This document shows positions 39,263 to 48,968 of a DNA stretch of 64,000 nucleotides, one piece after another (the first letter of the stretch is position 1; the number at the start of each line of letters is the position of its first letter). Made by a program: the position numbers and the translations under genes. The stretch is from Leptonemataceae bacterium (GTDB taxonomy: Bacteria > Spirochaetota > Leptospiria > Leptospirales > Leptonemataceae). The stretch spans positions 160,001 to 224,000 of the forward strand of contig OZ245742.1 of assembly GCA_965227295.1 (NCBI GenBank), read 5' to 3'. The notes below the pieces were generated by a model. It searched no databases, was not told where the DNA came from, and saw only the letters and a list, made by a program, of their open reading frames with translations.

Positions 39263-40387
39263 ATGAAGGATCTATTCCAGACGATCAAAGCGAACGCCGG
39301 CGTCACACTAACCGCTGCGAACCTGTTGTTAGTGCTGATCCTGGTGCTCCAGTACAATCCCCTGGGCATCTACGCCACGGGTTACGCCGGGGCCGCTCCG
39401 GTCCTGCCGGAGACGGAGCAAGGGTCCATCGCCAGACTCGAGATCATCGATCCCGACTTTTCGGACGTACGCAGCATCACCCTGCTCCGCGGCGACCTGC
39501 TGCCCCGCGAACAATGGAAACAACCGCCGGAAGATGCCTGGATCGGCACACCGACGCCGCGCTTCGCCTGGAAGTTACAGATCGGCCGCGGCGAAAACGC
39601 CCCGGTCTACGACGCCGACCGCGATCGCGTGAACGATCTTTTCGAAGACGGCCTGCAGGAGTTGCGGCGCTACAACGATCTACCGCGCACCGCGGAAAAA
39701 GACCGCGACCTGGAGATGGGCCGGGACGATCAGGGCCGGCCGGAGGGCCTGCACATCAAACTTACGATGGACGGCGGCGAGGAACATATGCTCTACATCG
39801 GCCGGGCGACCCTCCGCGGCGATGAAGGCTACGTGCGCCTGGACGACGAAGATCGCATCTTTCGCGTGGAAGCGAATCTGCGCAGTGTCCTCGGCCCCGG
39901 CGAGGTGGATTATTTTCGCAGCCGCTCGCTCTTTGCCGCGGGCGCCGCGCCCGGCGAGAACGACGTGCTGCGCCTCGACGCCGATTTCCGGGACGAACGC
40001 CGCCAGGACGTGAGCCTGGCCCGTGAGGGCGGTACCTGGAGCCTGCTGAATCCGCCGTTCCCCGGCAAGGTCCAGGAGGAGGCGGTGGATGCCCTGGTGA
40101 ATGACATTATTAACTGGAAAGCGTCGTCGTTTATTAAAGATGATGAGAAAATTTCCGATCTAAACAAAGGTCCGGCGATGACTCTTCGTCTAACGTATAA
40201 GACGGCCGGCAATCTAACCGATCGAAAAAGCATTCACTTCGAAATTCTCGGGCGGCGCGACTTCAGCACTTACGTCGTACGCACGGAGGCCGGTACGCTT
40301 TTGGAGATCAGTTCGATCTACCTGGAGGACTTAGAATCTCCCCGGGAGAAGTTTGTCGGCGAACGCGGGGCCGGGCCTCAGCTCTGA
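39263..40387 (+). CDS. DUF4340-like membrane-anchored protein
   Basis: N-terminal TM and LYIGR...YVR...FRSRSL pattern; usual fourth gene of Gld-like ABC operons. Confidence 0.7.
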   Translation: MKDLFQTIKANAGVTLTAANLLLVLILVLQYNPLGIYATGYAGAAPVLPETEQGSIARLEIIDPDFSDVRSITLLRGDLLPREQWKQPPEDAWIGTPTPRFAWKLQIGRGENAPVYDADRDRVNDLFEDGLQELRRYNDLPRTAEKDRDLEMGRDDQGRPEGLHIKLTMDGGEEHMLYIGRATLRGDEGYVRLDDEDRIFRVEANLRSVLGPGEVDYFRSRSLFAAGAAPGENDVLRLDADFRDERRQDVSLAREGGTWSLLNPPFPGKVQEEAVDALVNDIINWKASSFIKDDEKISDLNKGPAMTLRLTYKTAGNLTDRKSIHFEILGRRDFSTYVVRTEAGTLLEISSIYLEDLESPREKFVGERGAGPQL

Positions 40388-40412
40388 GCACGCCGCGCAC
40401 ATAAGGAAGCAC

Positions 40413-41336
40413 GTGCAGAAGACTGCGAAAAAGACCATCCTGGATTTCTTAACGCAGTCGCTCACGTCGGATCAGATCAGCCGCCTGGCCCAGGACATAG
40501 ATCCCGGTTTCGATCTTTCCAGACTCTCGGGCTTCGACGCCACCATTCGCATTCCAGCTTCGGTCGCCGCACGTTGCGTCCTGGATTTTTTCCCCACCGA
40601 TAAAGAACGCCTGCACTTCATCGCTCAGACCCTGCGCCTGGAAGGCCAGGGTGTCGGCGGCGGCATCATCAGCCTGAAAGGCACGGACCGCCTGCTGAAC
40701 GTCCTGGAAAAAGAGTCCTGGATCCTGGACCGCAACTCCCGACGTTTCGTGCGCGACCAGTCCGGCGGCGCCACGGACGACTGGGGTTACATGCTGGCCG
40801 GTGAGGAGTATCGCCTGAGCTTTGCGTCCATCGACATCGTCGACAGCACGACCCTGGCCGAACAGGAGCGCCGCGAAAACATTGAGTATACGTTGCGCGA
40901 ATTTCAAAACTACGTGCGGCGCTACACCGAGCTGTGGAACGGCCGGCTCTGGCACTGGCAGGGCGACGGCGGCACGGCGGTTTTCGTCGACGCGTCCGGC
41001 GTGCGCCAGGCTGTCATCGCCGTCACGGCAATCTTGCTGAATCTGCCGGTCTTTAACATTCGGCGCAGCACGATGAACGGAGAAATCCGCGTGCGCATCG
41101 GCATGCACTACGGTACGGCCGTCTTTCAGGAGGACGTCCGGGAAATCTTTTCTAACGACATGCGCCAGGCCCAACGCATCGAAAAAGAAGCCGCGCTTAC
41201 GAACGGCATCGCCGTCTCCGGCTCGATCATGGCGCTGCTGGACCGTGAGATCTCGGTGTTCTTTGAGCTGACCGACGACCATCCCATCTCGGGCATTCAG
41301 GTGTATCGCTATCGTCGTGCACCGGGGGCGTCTTAG
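40413..41336 (+). CDS. class III adenylate/guanylate cyclase domain protein
   Basis: SIDIVDST, WQGDGG and VRIGMHYG motifs; GTG at 40413 after AAGGAAG. Confidence 0.8.
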   Translation: MQKTAKKTILDFLTQSLTSDQISRLAQDIDPGFDLSRLSGFDATIRIPASVAARCVLDFFPTDKERLHFIAQTLRLEGQGVGGGIISLKGTDRLLNVLEKESWILDRNSRRFVRDQSGGATDDWGYMLAGEEYRLSFASIDIVDSTTLAEQERRENIEYTLREFQNYVRRYTELWNGRLWHWQGDGGTAVFVDASGVRQAVIAVTAILLNLPVFNIRRSTMNGEIRVRIGMHYGTAVFQEDVREIFSNDMRQAQRIEKEAALTNGIAVSGSIMALLDREISVFFELTDDHPISGIQVYRYRRAPGAS

Positions 41337-41346
41337 GTTAATTCGT

Positions 41347-42354
41347 ATGGAAGTCAGTGCAGACATCGACGAAGAGTCGCCGGATCGCCGCCAGGTCATC
41401 CTCCTGGTGGAAGATGATCCGGACCAGCGCGTGCTCTTCGAACGTCAACTGGCGGACGAGGGTTACGACTGCCTGGCCGCGGAAGACGGGGCGCGGGCCC
41501 TGGAACTATTCGCCGAACATGAACCGGTATTAGTTTTACTTGATATGATGTTACCGGACACCCACGGCATTCGGGTGCTCCGGGACATCCGGGAAAAATC
41601 CGGCGACGTGCCGGTGATTATGGTCTCCTCCGTGGACGATACGCCGCGCATTCTCGAAGCTTTCGACACCGGCGCCGACGATTACATCACCAAACCGGTG
41701 AACGTACCGCTGCTCTTCGCGCGCATTCGCAATCAACTGCGTCGCACCGGTCGCCGCGGCGCCGTGCGTGTAAACCGGGAGGCCCCGGCGAAACCGAGCG
41801 CCGGGGTGAGCGAACTCCAGGACGGTGAATCCTACATGGTCACGTTCTTGTACGTGTACTTGAAGTTAAGCCGCTCGCTCACGGCCTCGCGCGAAGACAG
41901 CCGCATTGCCGCGCTCATTGAACGCATTTTTGATTTGTTCACCGAAACCGCGGCGCGGAACGGCGGTCGCAACTGGTCTCGCCAGGACGACGCGTGTCTC
42001 TACGCCTTTCCCGCTTCGCCCGAAGATAACGCCGCCGCGATCCTCGCCGCCATCGAAGTACTCACGCTCACGAACATGTACTACATGCTGGAAGGCCTCG
42101 CCCCGGACTTTCTGTCCGTGCACACCGCCCTCGACGCCGGCCAGGTCGTATACCGCGACGACACCTCTTCGATTTACAACGAGGCGTTGAATCGCTGCGC
42201 CCACGTCGCCCGGCACACCACGAATCGCAAAGGCGGCGGCGCGTTGTGGATTTCAGAGAAGGTGTTCGATGAATCGCACGTAAAAGTACGGCGGTACTTC
42301 CGGCCGATCTTTACCGAGGACGGGCACTCGGTGTACGAGTATCGGTTTCCCTGA
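41347..42354 (+). CDS. response regulator fused to degenerate cyclase-like domain
   Basis: REC domain (LVEDD, LLDMMLP, DYITKP), then a cyclase-fold pattern (WSRQDDA, VHTALDAG, LNRCAHV) lacking the first metal-binding Asp. Confidence 0.75.
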   Translation: MEVSADIDEESPDRRQVILLVEDDPDQRVLFERQLADEGYDCLAAEDGARALELFAEHEPVLVLLDMMLPDTHGIRVLRDIREKSGDVPVIMVSSVDDTPRILEAFDTGADDYITKPVNVPLLFARIRNQLRRTGRRGAVRVNREAPAKPSAGVSELQDGESYMVTFLYVYLKLSRSLTASREDSRIAALIERIFDLFTETAARNGGRNWSRQDDACLYAFPASPEDNAAAILAAIEVLTLTNMYYMLEGLAPDFLSVHTALDAGQVVYRDDTSSIYNEALNRCAHVARHTTNRKGGGALWISEKVFDESHVKVRRYFRPIFTEDGHSVYEYRFP

Positions 42355-42369
42355 GGGGGCTATGAGCGC

Positions 42370-43242
42370 ATGAACTCAACACCTTCTGTAAAAGATACGA
42401 CACGCTCCACGGCATCCATTATTGGCGAAGTATTGGCCCGCGTATTCCGTCAGGCCCCAACCCTAGTCCTATTCGTAGTCGGAACGATTGCAGCCGCGAT
42501 CTATGCTGCTGCAACGTCGCCTTATACCACGACGATTATTCTTTCCCTTATCGTAGGATTCCTATCGTTTCAGATATACAGAAAGACGGATAATTACGCG
42601 GAGTCATTTCTAACATTCGTTTTAGGAATATTAGCGATCTATTCAATTTCTTGGACCCAGGTTCTCGCAATCATATTTGCGACGACATTTGCACTATTCA
42701 CTGTGCTTTTCTTCCTCAGATCTTCGGTAAAAGTCGCCGCCACGATTGAATGGAATCTCAGCCAGGCTCACAACTTTGTGACCGTTCAGGAGCCAGCTGT
42801 GACGCAGAAGGATTTGCAGAAAATTGTGACCCAATCAACGGGTTTCGGACAATTGTCCCCGGCAGAAAGATCATACTCGATTCGATATTTTGCGTTTCTC
42901 GGAGTCTCAATCAAAGACATGCCCCTGGCGTTGCACGCTGTAGAAGGGTTCAAGTCCTTGCTCAATCTTACACTCGAGGAGTCCTTACGCCTCTTTCGAG
43001 TAATGCGCAATATTCTAATTTACAGTGAACAGAGAAGTTTGGAGAATAGGGATCTTGATGCACTCTTTCAATGTGCATGCAGGGCAAATCTACTTCCCGA
43101 TGAAATTCTCGTAATCCTTGATGAGTGGCAAGGCACACTTATCGAAAACAAGATCGGCCTTTCCAAAGCTTTGGAACGGATAGCTATGCTAACCCAGAGA
43201 GGCTATGTCTTACGTTCCCTAAAAGATTACGATTTGCATTAA
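42370..43242 (+). CDS. hypothetical membrane protein, AT-rich
   Basis: 290-aa ORF with about 4 N-terminal TM segments; A/T-ending codons unlike its neighbours. Confidence 0.7.
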   Translation: MNSTPSVKDTTRSTASIIGEVLARVFRQAPTLVLFVVGTIAAAIYAAATSPYTTTIILSLIVGFLSFQIYRKTDNYAESFLTFVLGILAIYSISWTQVLAIIFATTFALFTVLFFLRSSVKVAATIEWNLSQAHNFVTVQEPAVTQKDLQKIVTQSTGFGQLSPAERSYSIRYFAFLGVSIKDMPLALHAVEGFKSLLNLTLEESLRLFRVMRNILIYSEQRSLENRDLDALFQCACRANLLPDEILVILDEWQGTLIENKIGLSKALERIAMLTQRGYVLRSLKDYDLH

Positions 43243-43462
43243 GGTCTTAAAGGAACCTGATCACGGCGACACAGCAGCGCTGGCACAAACCCCACGGCGC
43301 CTCTCACCCCGGGTAGAGCTTTACCTGTCCGGTAAGGCACGCGCCAGGGAAGTACAGCCCGACCACGGGCATCATCACGAAATCGGCAACAAGTCCCACG
43401 GGCGTGAGAAGGCCCTGAAGAGCCAGGGCTCCCGGCTTAATATCGCGCACCGGCTCGCGACA

Positions 43463-43834
43463 TCACTCAATGTTATAAGCCAGCAGCGTGATACCCGCGG
43501 CGATCATCACAATGCCGACGATCTGTAACGACGACAGGTGTTCGCGCAGATAGTACACCGAGAACAGCGAGATAATGAGAAAGCCGCCGCTGGTCATGAT
43601 GGGATAGGCGATGGAAAGATTGATGCGACGCAGCGCGACGATGTAAAACAACACGTTCGACGCAAACAGGATGAGGCCGATCATCAGATACGGATTCAGC
43701 GCGACGGTAAGGAGCTTGTCCACCGTGCTGAGTTCGGCCATGGGCGTCTCTTCGAGCTTAGTGGCGCCGAGTTTCATTAAGATGTTGGCGGAAGCATTGA
43801 AGAGCAGCGCCACAACAAGAAAGACGTATCCCAT
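43463..43834 (-). CDS. SMR/DMT family small transporter
   Basis: Four TMs; NASANILMKLG, LSIAYPIM and E..S.LQIVGI motifs. Confidence 0.85.
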   Translation of the reverse strand: MGYVFLVVALLFNASANILMKLGATKLEETPMAELSTVDKLLTVALNPYLMIGLILFASNVLFYIVALRRINLSIAYPIMTSGGFLIISLFSVYYLREHLSSLQIVGIVMIAAGITLLAYNIE

Positions 43835-43887
43835 GAATGCGATTTTCCCGGGCGCGGATTATCCGTCCACCAAAATGGAAGCGTCGT

Positions 43888-44604
43888 TCAGAGGACGCCC
43901 GCCGTGGGCCCTTCAATCAACAGATAAAAGAACGCCAGCGCCCCGGTGTAGATGAACATCACGGCAAAGGCCGAGACGATCTTCCGCAGGCCGCCGTAGG
44001 GTTCCACCAGGCGATAGGCCGTCCACAGCGCCGCGCCCAGTACGAGTTCGGCGCACATTACATAGACGGCAATGTGCAGGATCACCCACACGTCCTCGGT
44101 GGCGTACCAGATCGGCAGCATCCACAGCGTGGCCTCGGACGTGCCGAAAATCACGACGGTGAGCAGCAGCACCACGACATAGACCGATGCCGGCGTAAGA
44201 CGTTTACGCAAACGCCAGGCGGTGAAGACGATGAGATTGAACGGGATCACCCACATCAACGCCATGAAAGCCGGCACGGTACCGATGAACGGAAAGCCGG
44301 TATCCGGAAAGACAAGGACGCCCAGCACCTGCGAAAGAAACCAGTCCGGAAAGATCTGCAGCAACGAGATGGGGAACGTAAAGGTCCAGATGTCCGTCCA
44401 GCGCCGGTGATCGAGGCGCCGGCCCAGCAGCGGCAACGCCACGTTATAAATGACGAGCAATGCAAAGATGCGCGGGCCCAGCTCCAGGCCCAGGGGAAAA
44501 ATGAGCGCCAGGGCGACAAGAACGCCGAAACCCAGGTGCACGAGAATAAAATCCCGCTCCGTGGGTTTGAGGATGGGAGACTGCTTAGTTTTTCCTTTCG
44601 ACAT
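43888..44604 (-). CDS. hypothetical integral membrane protein
   Basis: Multiple TMs with FPDWFLS and MWVIP motifs; GGAG RBS before ATG 44604. Confidence 0.7.
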   Translation of the reverse strand: MSKGKTKQSPILKPTERDFILVHLGFGVLVALALIFPLGLELGPRIFALLVIYNVALPLLGRRLDHRRWTDIWTFTFPISLLQIFPDWFLSQVLGVLVFPDTGFPFIGTVPAFMALMWVIPFNLIVFTAWRLRKRLTPASVYVVVLLLTVVIFGTSEATLWMLPIWYATEDVWVILHIAVYVMCAELVLGAALWTAYRLVEPYGGLRKIVSAFAVMFIYTGALAFFYLLIEGPTAGVL

Positions 44605-44729
44605 ATTTCTACTCCGAGGACCGAGACTCCGAGATGTATTGGCGAAGGCGATCATACGCCGAACGCGCTGAAGCGACTCGCGCTCTCCGAAAAAACCTCG
44701 GTACCTCGGTCCTCGGAGTCAAGCTTACC

Positions 44730-45896
44730 TCAAGTCACCGCAAATTGCGGCACCGATCCCGCCGCGAAGTTGCGCAGTTTCATCAGAGACTCCTCACTCG
44801 AACCGCGACCGATACGCAGGCCCACCGCAGTGTAACTCTCTTTTTTCGCAACGTTACGTACAGTGCAAGAAAACGTGTGCCGCTCGCCTGGTTCTATATC
44901 AAACGAAAACGTCAGCTTCGAACCGCGGCGCAGCACTTCCTCGGGCAAAGCGCCGTGCAGGGTAATCCGACAGCCCCGGCCGTCCTGGGAAATGTCCAGC
45001 ATCACCTCTTTCGCCGAGACCTTCACCCACTGCGGCGTCAGGCCCATCTCCATATCAAAGACCAGGTCCTCCGCGCGGTTACGCAGATAGTTCATCATCA
45101 ACCGCAACGGTCCCGGATTATCCCACGGCGAAGCCAGCTCAGGCACGCCGAAACCGGCCATGGTCGATCGAAGCTTCATGTACCCCATGATGTTACCGGC
45201 CTGATCCGGAAAGGGGTAGAGCACTTCGGCGCGCACACTTTCGCGGGTTTGCTTCATGAAGAAAGCGTCCAGCTTTCCGGCCTCCAGCTCACTGAGCGGG
45301 TTCGCAAAACCTTCTAACGTACACACAGTTTTCTTTAAGGCGTCGATGACATACAGCGGCTGCCCGGCGCTCTCCACGGCCAGGAATACAGGATGGTCCT
45401 GATTATAGAAAAACGCGATCTCAATGTCGGAGACCATGCAACCGTAGGAGTTCATTTCTTTCATGAGGAACATGCGCATGGCCTGGCAGGCCTGAGCGAT
45501 GCCCGAGGTCTTCCCGTACAGCGCAATGCTCGACGCAATGTCCACCGGCGGCGCCACCGAAACGTCGCGCACAATGCGGCGCTCCGTGCTGATTTCCACC
45601 ACGCGGTCCGCCGTGCGTTCCGTGGCTTCCAGCACCACGTCCTTCGCGGAGTACAGCGCGGTTCCCGCATCCAGGCTGCTCAGCCGCAACCGCAGACGAT
45701 TCTCTTTGAACTCAAAGCTGACGTCCTCACCGTCTACGGCTCGCGACATGCGCACCAGTACGGCGTCGCCCATGTTGTTCTGTCCGTCCACGGAAAGGAT
45801 GGAGATGTCCCCGCCCGCATCCCGGCCGGGGCGACCCATGGCCTTCGTAAGGCTGCGCACCACGGTTTGTCGATCCGTCAGACGATAGGCTTTCAT
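44730..45896 (-). CDS. protein with C-terminal PilZ-like domain (DUF1577-like)
   Basis: C-terminal LDISQDGRG...CTVRNV...VGLRI resembles the PilZ D/NxSxxG motif. Confidence 0.55.
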   Translation of the reverse strand: MKAYRLTDRQTVVRSLTKAMGRPGRDAGGDISILSVDGQNNMGDAVLVRMSRAVDGEDVSFEFKENRLRLRLSSLDAGTALYSAKDVVLEATERTADRVVEISTERRIVRDVSVAPPVDIASSIALYGKTSGIAQACQAMRMFLMKEMNSYGCMVSDIEIAFFYNQDHPVFLAVESAGQPLYVIDALKKTVCTLEGFANPLSELEAGKLDAFFMKQTRESVRAEVLYPFPDQAGNIMGYMKLRSTMAGFGVPELASPWDNPGPLRLMMNYLRNRAEDLVFDMEMGLTPQWVKVSAKEVMLDISQDGRGCRITLHGALPEEVLRRGSKLTFSFDIEPGERHTFSCTVRNVAKKESYTAVGLRIGRGSSEESLMKLRNFAAGSVPQFAVT

Positions 45897-45927
45897 AACA
45901 TTCCCCAGGCACAAATTAGCGAACCGG

Positions 45928-47550
45928 TTATTCGCCGTAGTCGCCGATTAAAAAATCCGTCGCGTCCACAATCTCGTAGCGCTTCTCCCGCAACCGGCGG
46001 ACCTCGCTGCCTCGAACCAATTCCGCGAAGAAGTCGCCGATCCAGTACAGGGCATTCTTCAGTTGCTGGCCGTAAAACACCGAAAAACGCCAGAGCCGCG
46101 GCATGAGCACCGCTGCCGCCGCACCGGCGACGGCGGCGATGGCGTTCCAGTGCCCGGCCACGAGATCGGCCGGCTGCGGAAACGTGAACAGCGCGCGCAG
46201 TGCCGAACTCACGGCCTCCCCGGCGAACAGTGCAAGACCCAGGGCGACGCCCACACCGACCAGGGGATAGACAAACAAAGCCGTCACCGTCGCGGCGATC
46301 ATGGCCTGCTCGTCGCCGTCGACCTTCGGTCGTTTCTGAATATCGATCACCGAGTAGCGCATGAACCGCCCGGCCATACGCGGCAAAAAGTTCGTAACGT
46401 AACCGGCAAGCAGGACCGGAGACAGCAGCAGTCCCTGAAACAACACGCGCGTGAAGTACCCCAGTTCGGCCCAGGTATGTTCCCGACGAATCAGGGCGTC
46501 GCGCAAACCTGAACTGCGCAAATCTTTACGATACTGCACGATGGTACGCCGCAGTTTTTCCAGGCGCTCGCGACCGCGGTCCGTGCGCGACGCGCCCACG
46601 ACGGTGTCGGCGAGGATCTTACTCAGCCGGTACTTCTCGCGAATGTTACCGAACGGTCCCATGTACTTCGCCGGCGTGAGCGCGTACACCGCCGTGGTAT
46701 CGTCGATGAGATCCACCAGGTGTTTGTCCGGAATGGAGATGATGATGTCTTCGATATCCCGGGTAATGCGTTCCTTGCCGGCCACCATAAGTTTCTTTTC
46801 GATCTGGGAACGCTCGGACTCCGACAGCGCGAGAAAGTCGTCGGGCACGTCGGCAATGAGGTTCTTGAGTTTGACCGGCTTGCCGAAGATCACGCAAACC
46901 GAGGACTGAAACTTGTTAATGCGCGAGTAGTAAAATCCGTACGGCACCAACTGCAGGTTCAGGTTGAAGTTGAATTCCTTCTCGGCCTGCAGGGCGATGT
47001 ACATAAAGCCCAGCTTGAGTTTGTTCAACTTGCGCGAGTCCGTGGAGCGGCCTTCCACGAAGATGTTGAACAATCGCCCGCGCACCAACAGCTCCACGGA
47101 TTCTCGCAGCGAGTCCTCGTTTTGTTTGCGGCGGTCTTCCTCGGAAATGTCGCCGTCGTTGTGGTCCATGCGCCGGCTGATCGGCACCATCAACATGTGA
47201 TGGCGCAGGATCGGTCCCAGCAGCGGCCAGTTGGTAATGGTGTCCTTGGCCGCGGTGGCCATGGGATGGCGGATGACGTTCAGTAAATTAAAGTAATCCA
47301 GAAACGAGTTCGGATGATTGCCCACGAGCAGTACGGAGCCGTCCGGCGGAATGTTCTCGAGGCCGATGGCCCGAATCTCCCGGTGCTGGGTGCGGATGGC
47401 CGCGCGGAAGAACGCGCGAATGAGAAAGAACAACGGCTTCGCCTTGCGGCGCAGAGAATCGATGCCGTAGTACGTGCGGGACCGCGGGCGTTCCTCAGCA
47501 GGACGTCGGAAGAAGCGACCGATGAGCGGGAGCTGGCTGACAGGATTCAA
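45928..47550 (-). CDS. glycerol/lysophospholipid acyltransferase
   Basis: LLVGNHPNSFLD (HX4D) and IFVEGRS motifs; C-terminal TMs. Confidence 0.88.
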   Translation of the reverse strand: MNPVSQLPLIGRFFRRPAEERPRSRTYYGIDSLRRKAKPLFFLIRAFFRAAIRTQHREIRAIGLENIPPDGSVLLVGNHPNSFLDYFNLLNVIRHPMATAAKDTITNWPLLGPILRHHMLMVPISRRMDHNDGDISEEDRRKQNEDSLRESVELLVRGRLFNIFVEGRSTDSRKLNKLKLGFMYIALQAEKEFNFNLNLQLVPYGFYYSRINKFQSSVCVIFGKPVKLKNLIADVPDDFLALSESERSQIEKKLMVAGKERITRDIEDIIISIPDKHLVDLIDDTTAVYALTPAKYMGPFGNIREKYRLSKILADTVVGASRTDRGRERLEKLRRTIVQYRKDLRSSGLRDALIRREHTWAELGYFTRVLFQGLLLSPVLLAGYVTNFLPRMAGRFMRYSVIDIQKRPKVDGDEQAMIAATVTALFVYPLVGVGVALGLALFAGEAVSSALRALFTFPQPADLVAGHWNAIAAVAGAAAAVLMPRLWRFSVFYGQQLKNALYWIGDFFAELVRGSEVRRLREKRYEIVDATDFLIGDYGE

Positions 47551-48005
47551 GTGATTGTTTCGACGCTCTCCCCCAGTTCGGCGAGCAGCGTGTGTATGTA
47601 TGCTCGATCGAAGAGGCCCGGGTGCGGGAGCGTCAGTTTCTCCGTGTTCAAGGTTAACGCGCCATAGGTCAGGATGTCCAGATCGATTTCCCTCGGACCC
47701 TTGCGAAAACGACGCTGCCGGCCGAGCCGCTGCTCCGTTTCGAGCAGGAAATCGAGGAGTTCCAGGGGCGAAAGATCGCTCTCCACCTCGACGATCTGGT
47801 TCAAAAAATCATCCTGCTCCTCGTAGAGAATCGCCGGGTTCTCGTAAACCGACGAACAACGCACGACGTGCATCCGTGGATGCCGTTCCAGGGCCTGACG
47901 GGCCCGGTGTAGGAACTCCTCGCGATTCCCGACGTTGGAGCCCAGGGACAAAAAGGCCGGCAACCGTTCGCCGGCCGGGTTCCGGCCGCTCGCGTCCCCG
48001 CTCAC
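47547..48005 (-). CDS. folK: 2-amino-4-hydroxy-6-hydroxymethyldihydropteridine diphosphokinase
   Basis: LSLGSNVG, SSVYE, FLNQIV, GPREIDLDIL and LPHP motifs; GTGA overlap with the upstream gene. Confidence 0.93.
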   Translation of the reverse strand: MSGDASGRNPAGERLPAFLSLGSNVGNREEFLHRARQALERHPRMHVVRCSSVYENPAILYEEQDDFLNQIVEVESDLSPLELLDFLLETEQRLGRQRRFRKGPREIDLDILTYGALTLNTEKLTLPHPGLFDRAYIHTLLAELGESVETIT

Positions 48006-48952
48006 GGTCGTCCCGGCAGGCTCTCGCCGGCCTGGAGCCGAAAGTCCGGGGCGTCGATATGGTGCTCCTCGCACATCTCCCGCAGGCGCGAGTAGATCCG
48101 ACCGCCGGAGATCTCTTTCCAGGACTCCATGCGTTCGTTCGAGGTGATGATCGTCAGCAGGTTGTTCTCGTAGCGCGCGTCAATGAGGTCGTAGAGGACC
48201 TGGTTGACCCAGTCGGTCTCCCGGTGGACGCCGAAGTCGTCGATGACCAGGGCCGGCACCGTGGCCAGTTCTTGCTCAATGCGCCGCCCCTCCCCGTAGG
48301 ATTCGCCGTTGGGATTGAAAGAGGCCCGCAGCTTGCCCAGGATGTCCCGGCTGATCTTCGCGTAGCGCACGGGCAGTTGGTAAAAGCGCATGAGTTCGTT
48401 GAGGAGCGCACAGGACAGCAGGGTCTTCCCGGAACCGGTCCCGCCATGCAGGTACAACCCGCGCGAGAAGGCCCCGGCGGCGTAGGCGACAATGATCTGG
48501 TGGGCGCTGGACGCCGCCACGGTCAGCGAAAGATGCTCTTCTTCGTAGCGAATGTCGTCCAGGAACCGCCCGTTGTAGCGCCCGGGAATGCCCGACCGCC
48601 GCTCTATTATTGGAAGTTTTTCGAGGGCAATGTGCGCCCGCCGGGCCGGACACGGGTGCAGCGCCCGGCTCGCCTGATCGTAAAATTCGTACGGCGGCTT
48701 TGCCGTGGCTTGCTCCGGATCCGGCAGGTGTTCGGTGCACCGGCAGATCTTCCGCTGGCAGCGGCAGAGCACATAGCCCCCCGGATCCCCGCGGCGCGAC
48801 GAATGATCGTAGACCACGCCGAGATCCTCGCAGATCGGGCAGGTAGCCTTCGGTCCCAGGCTGCCCGGCGTCGATTCGCCGGACTGATTCCGGGCCGCCC
48901 GGATCTCCTGGGCCATGGCCGTAAAAAAGCTGGTTTGCTGGATGGTTTGCAT
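48002..48952 (-). CDS. DnaC/IstB-like AAA+ ATPase with Cys-rich N-terminus
   Basis: CPIC...CRC...CRC, GLYLHGGTGSGKT, LVIDDFG, YDLIDARY, IITSN and RIYSRLREM motifs. Confidence 0.88.
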   Translation of the reverse strand: MQTIQQTSFFTAMAQEIRAARNQSGESTPGSLGPKATCPICEDLGVVYDHSSRRGDPGGYVLCRCQRKICRCTEHLPDPEQATAKPPYEFYDQASRALHPCPARRAHIALEKLPIIERRSGIPGRYNGRFLDDIRYEEEHLSLTVAASSAHQIIVAYAAGAFSRGLYLHGGTGSGKTLLSCALLNELMRFYQLPVRYAKISRDILGKLRASFNPNGESYGEGRRIEQELATVPALVIDDFGVHRETDWVNQVLYDLIDARYENNLLTIITSNERMESWKEISGGRIYSRLREMCEEHHIDAPDFRLQAGESLPGRP

Positions 48953-48968
48953 ACGTATTTCAGCTCTT

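Noticed and set aside
35752-40387. Gliding-motility system
   Set aside because: GldAFG-like ABC operons with DUF4340 are widespread outside Bacteroidetes, and no other gld/spr genes are seen.
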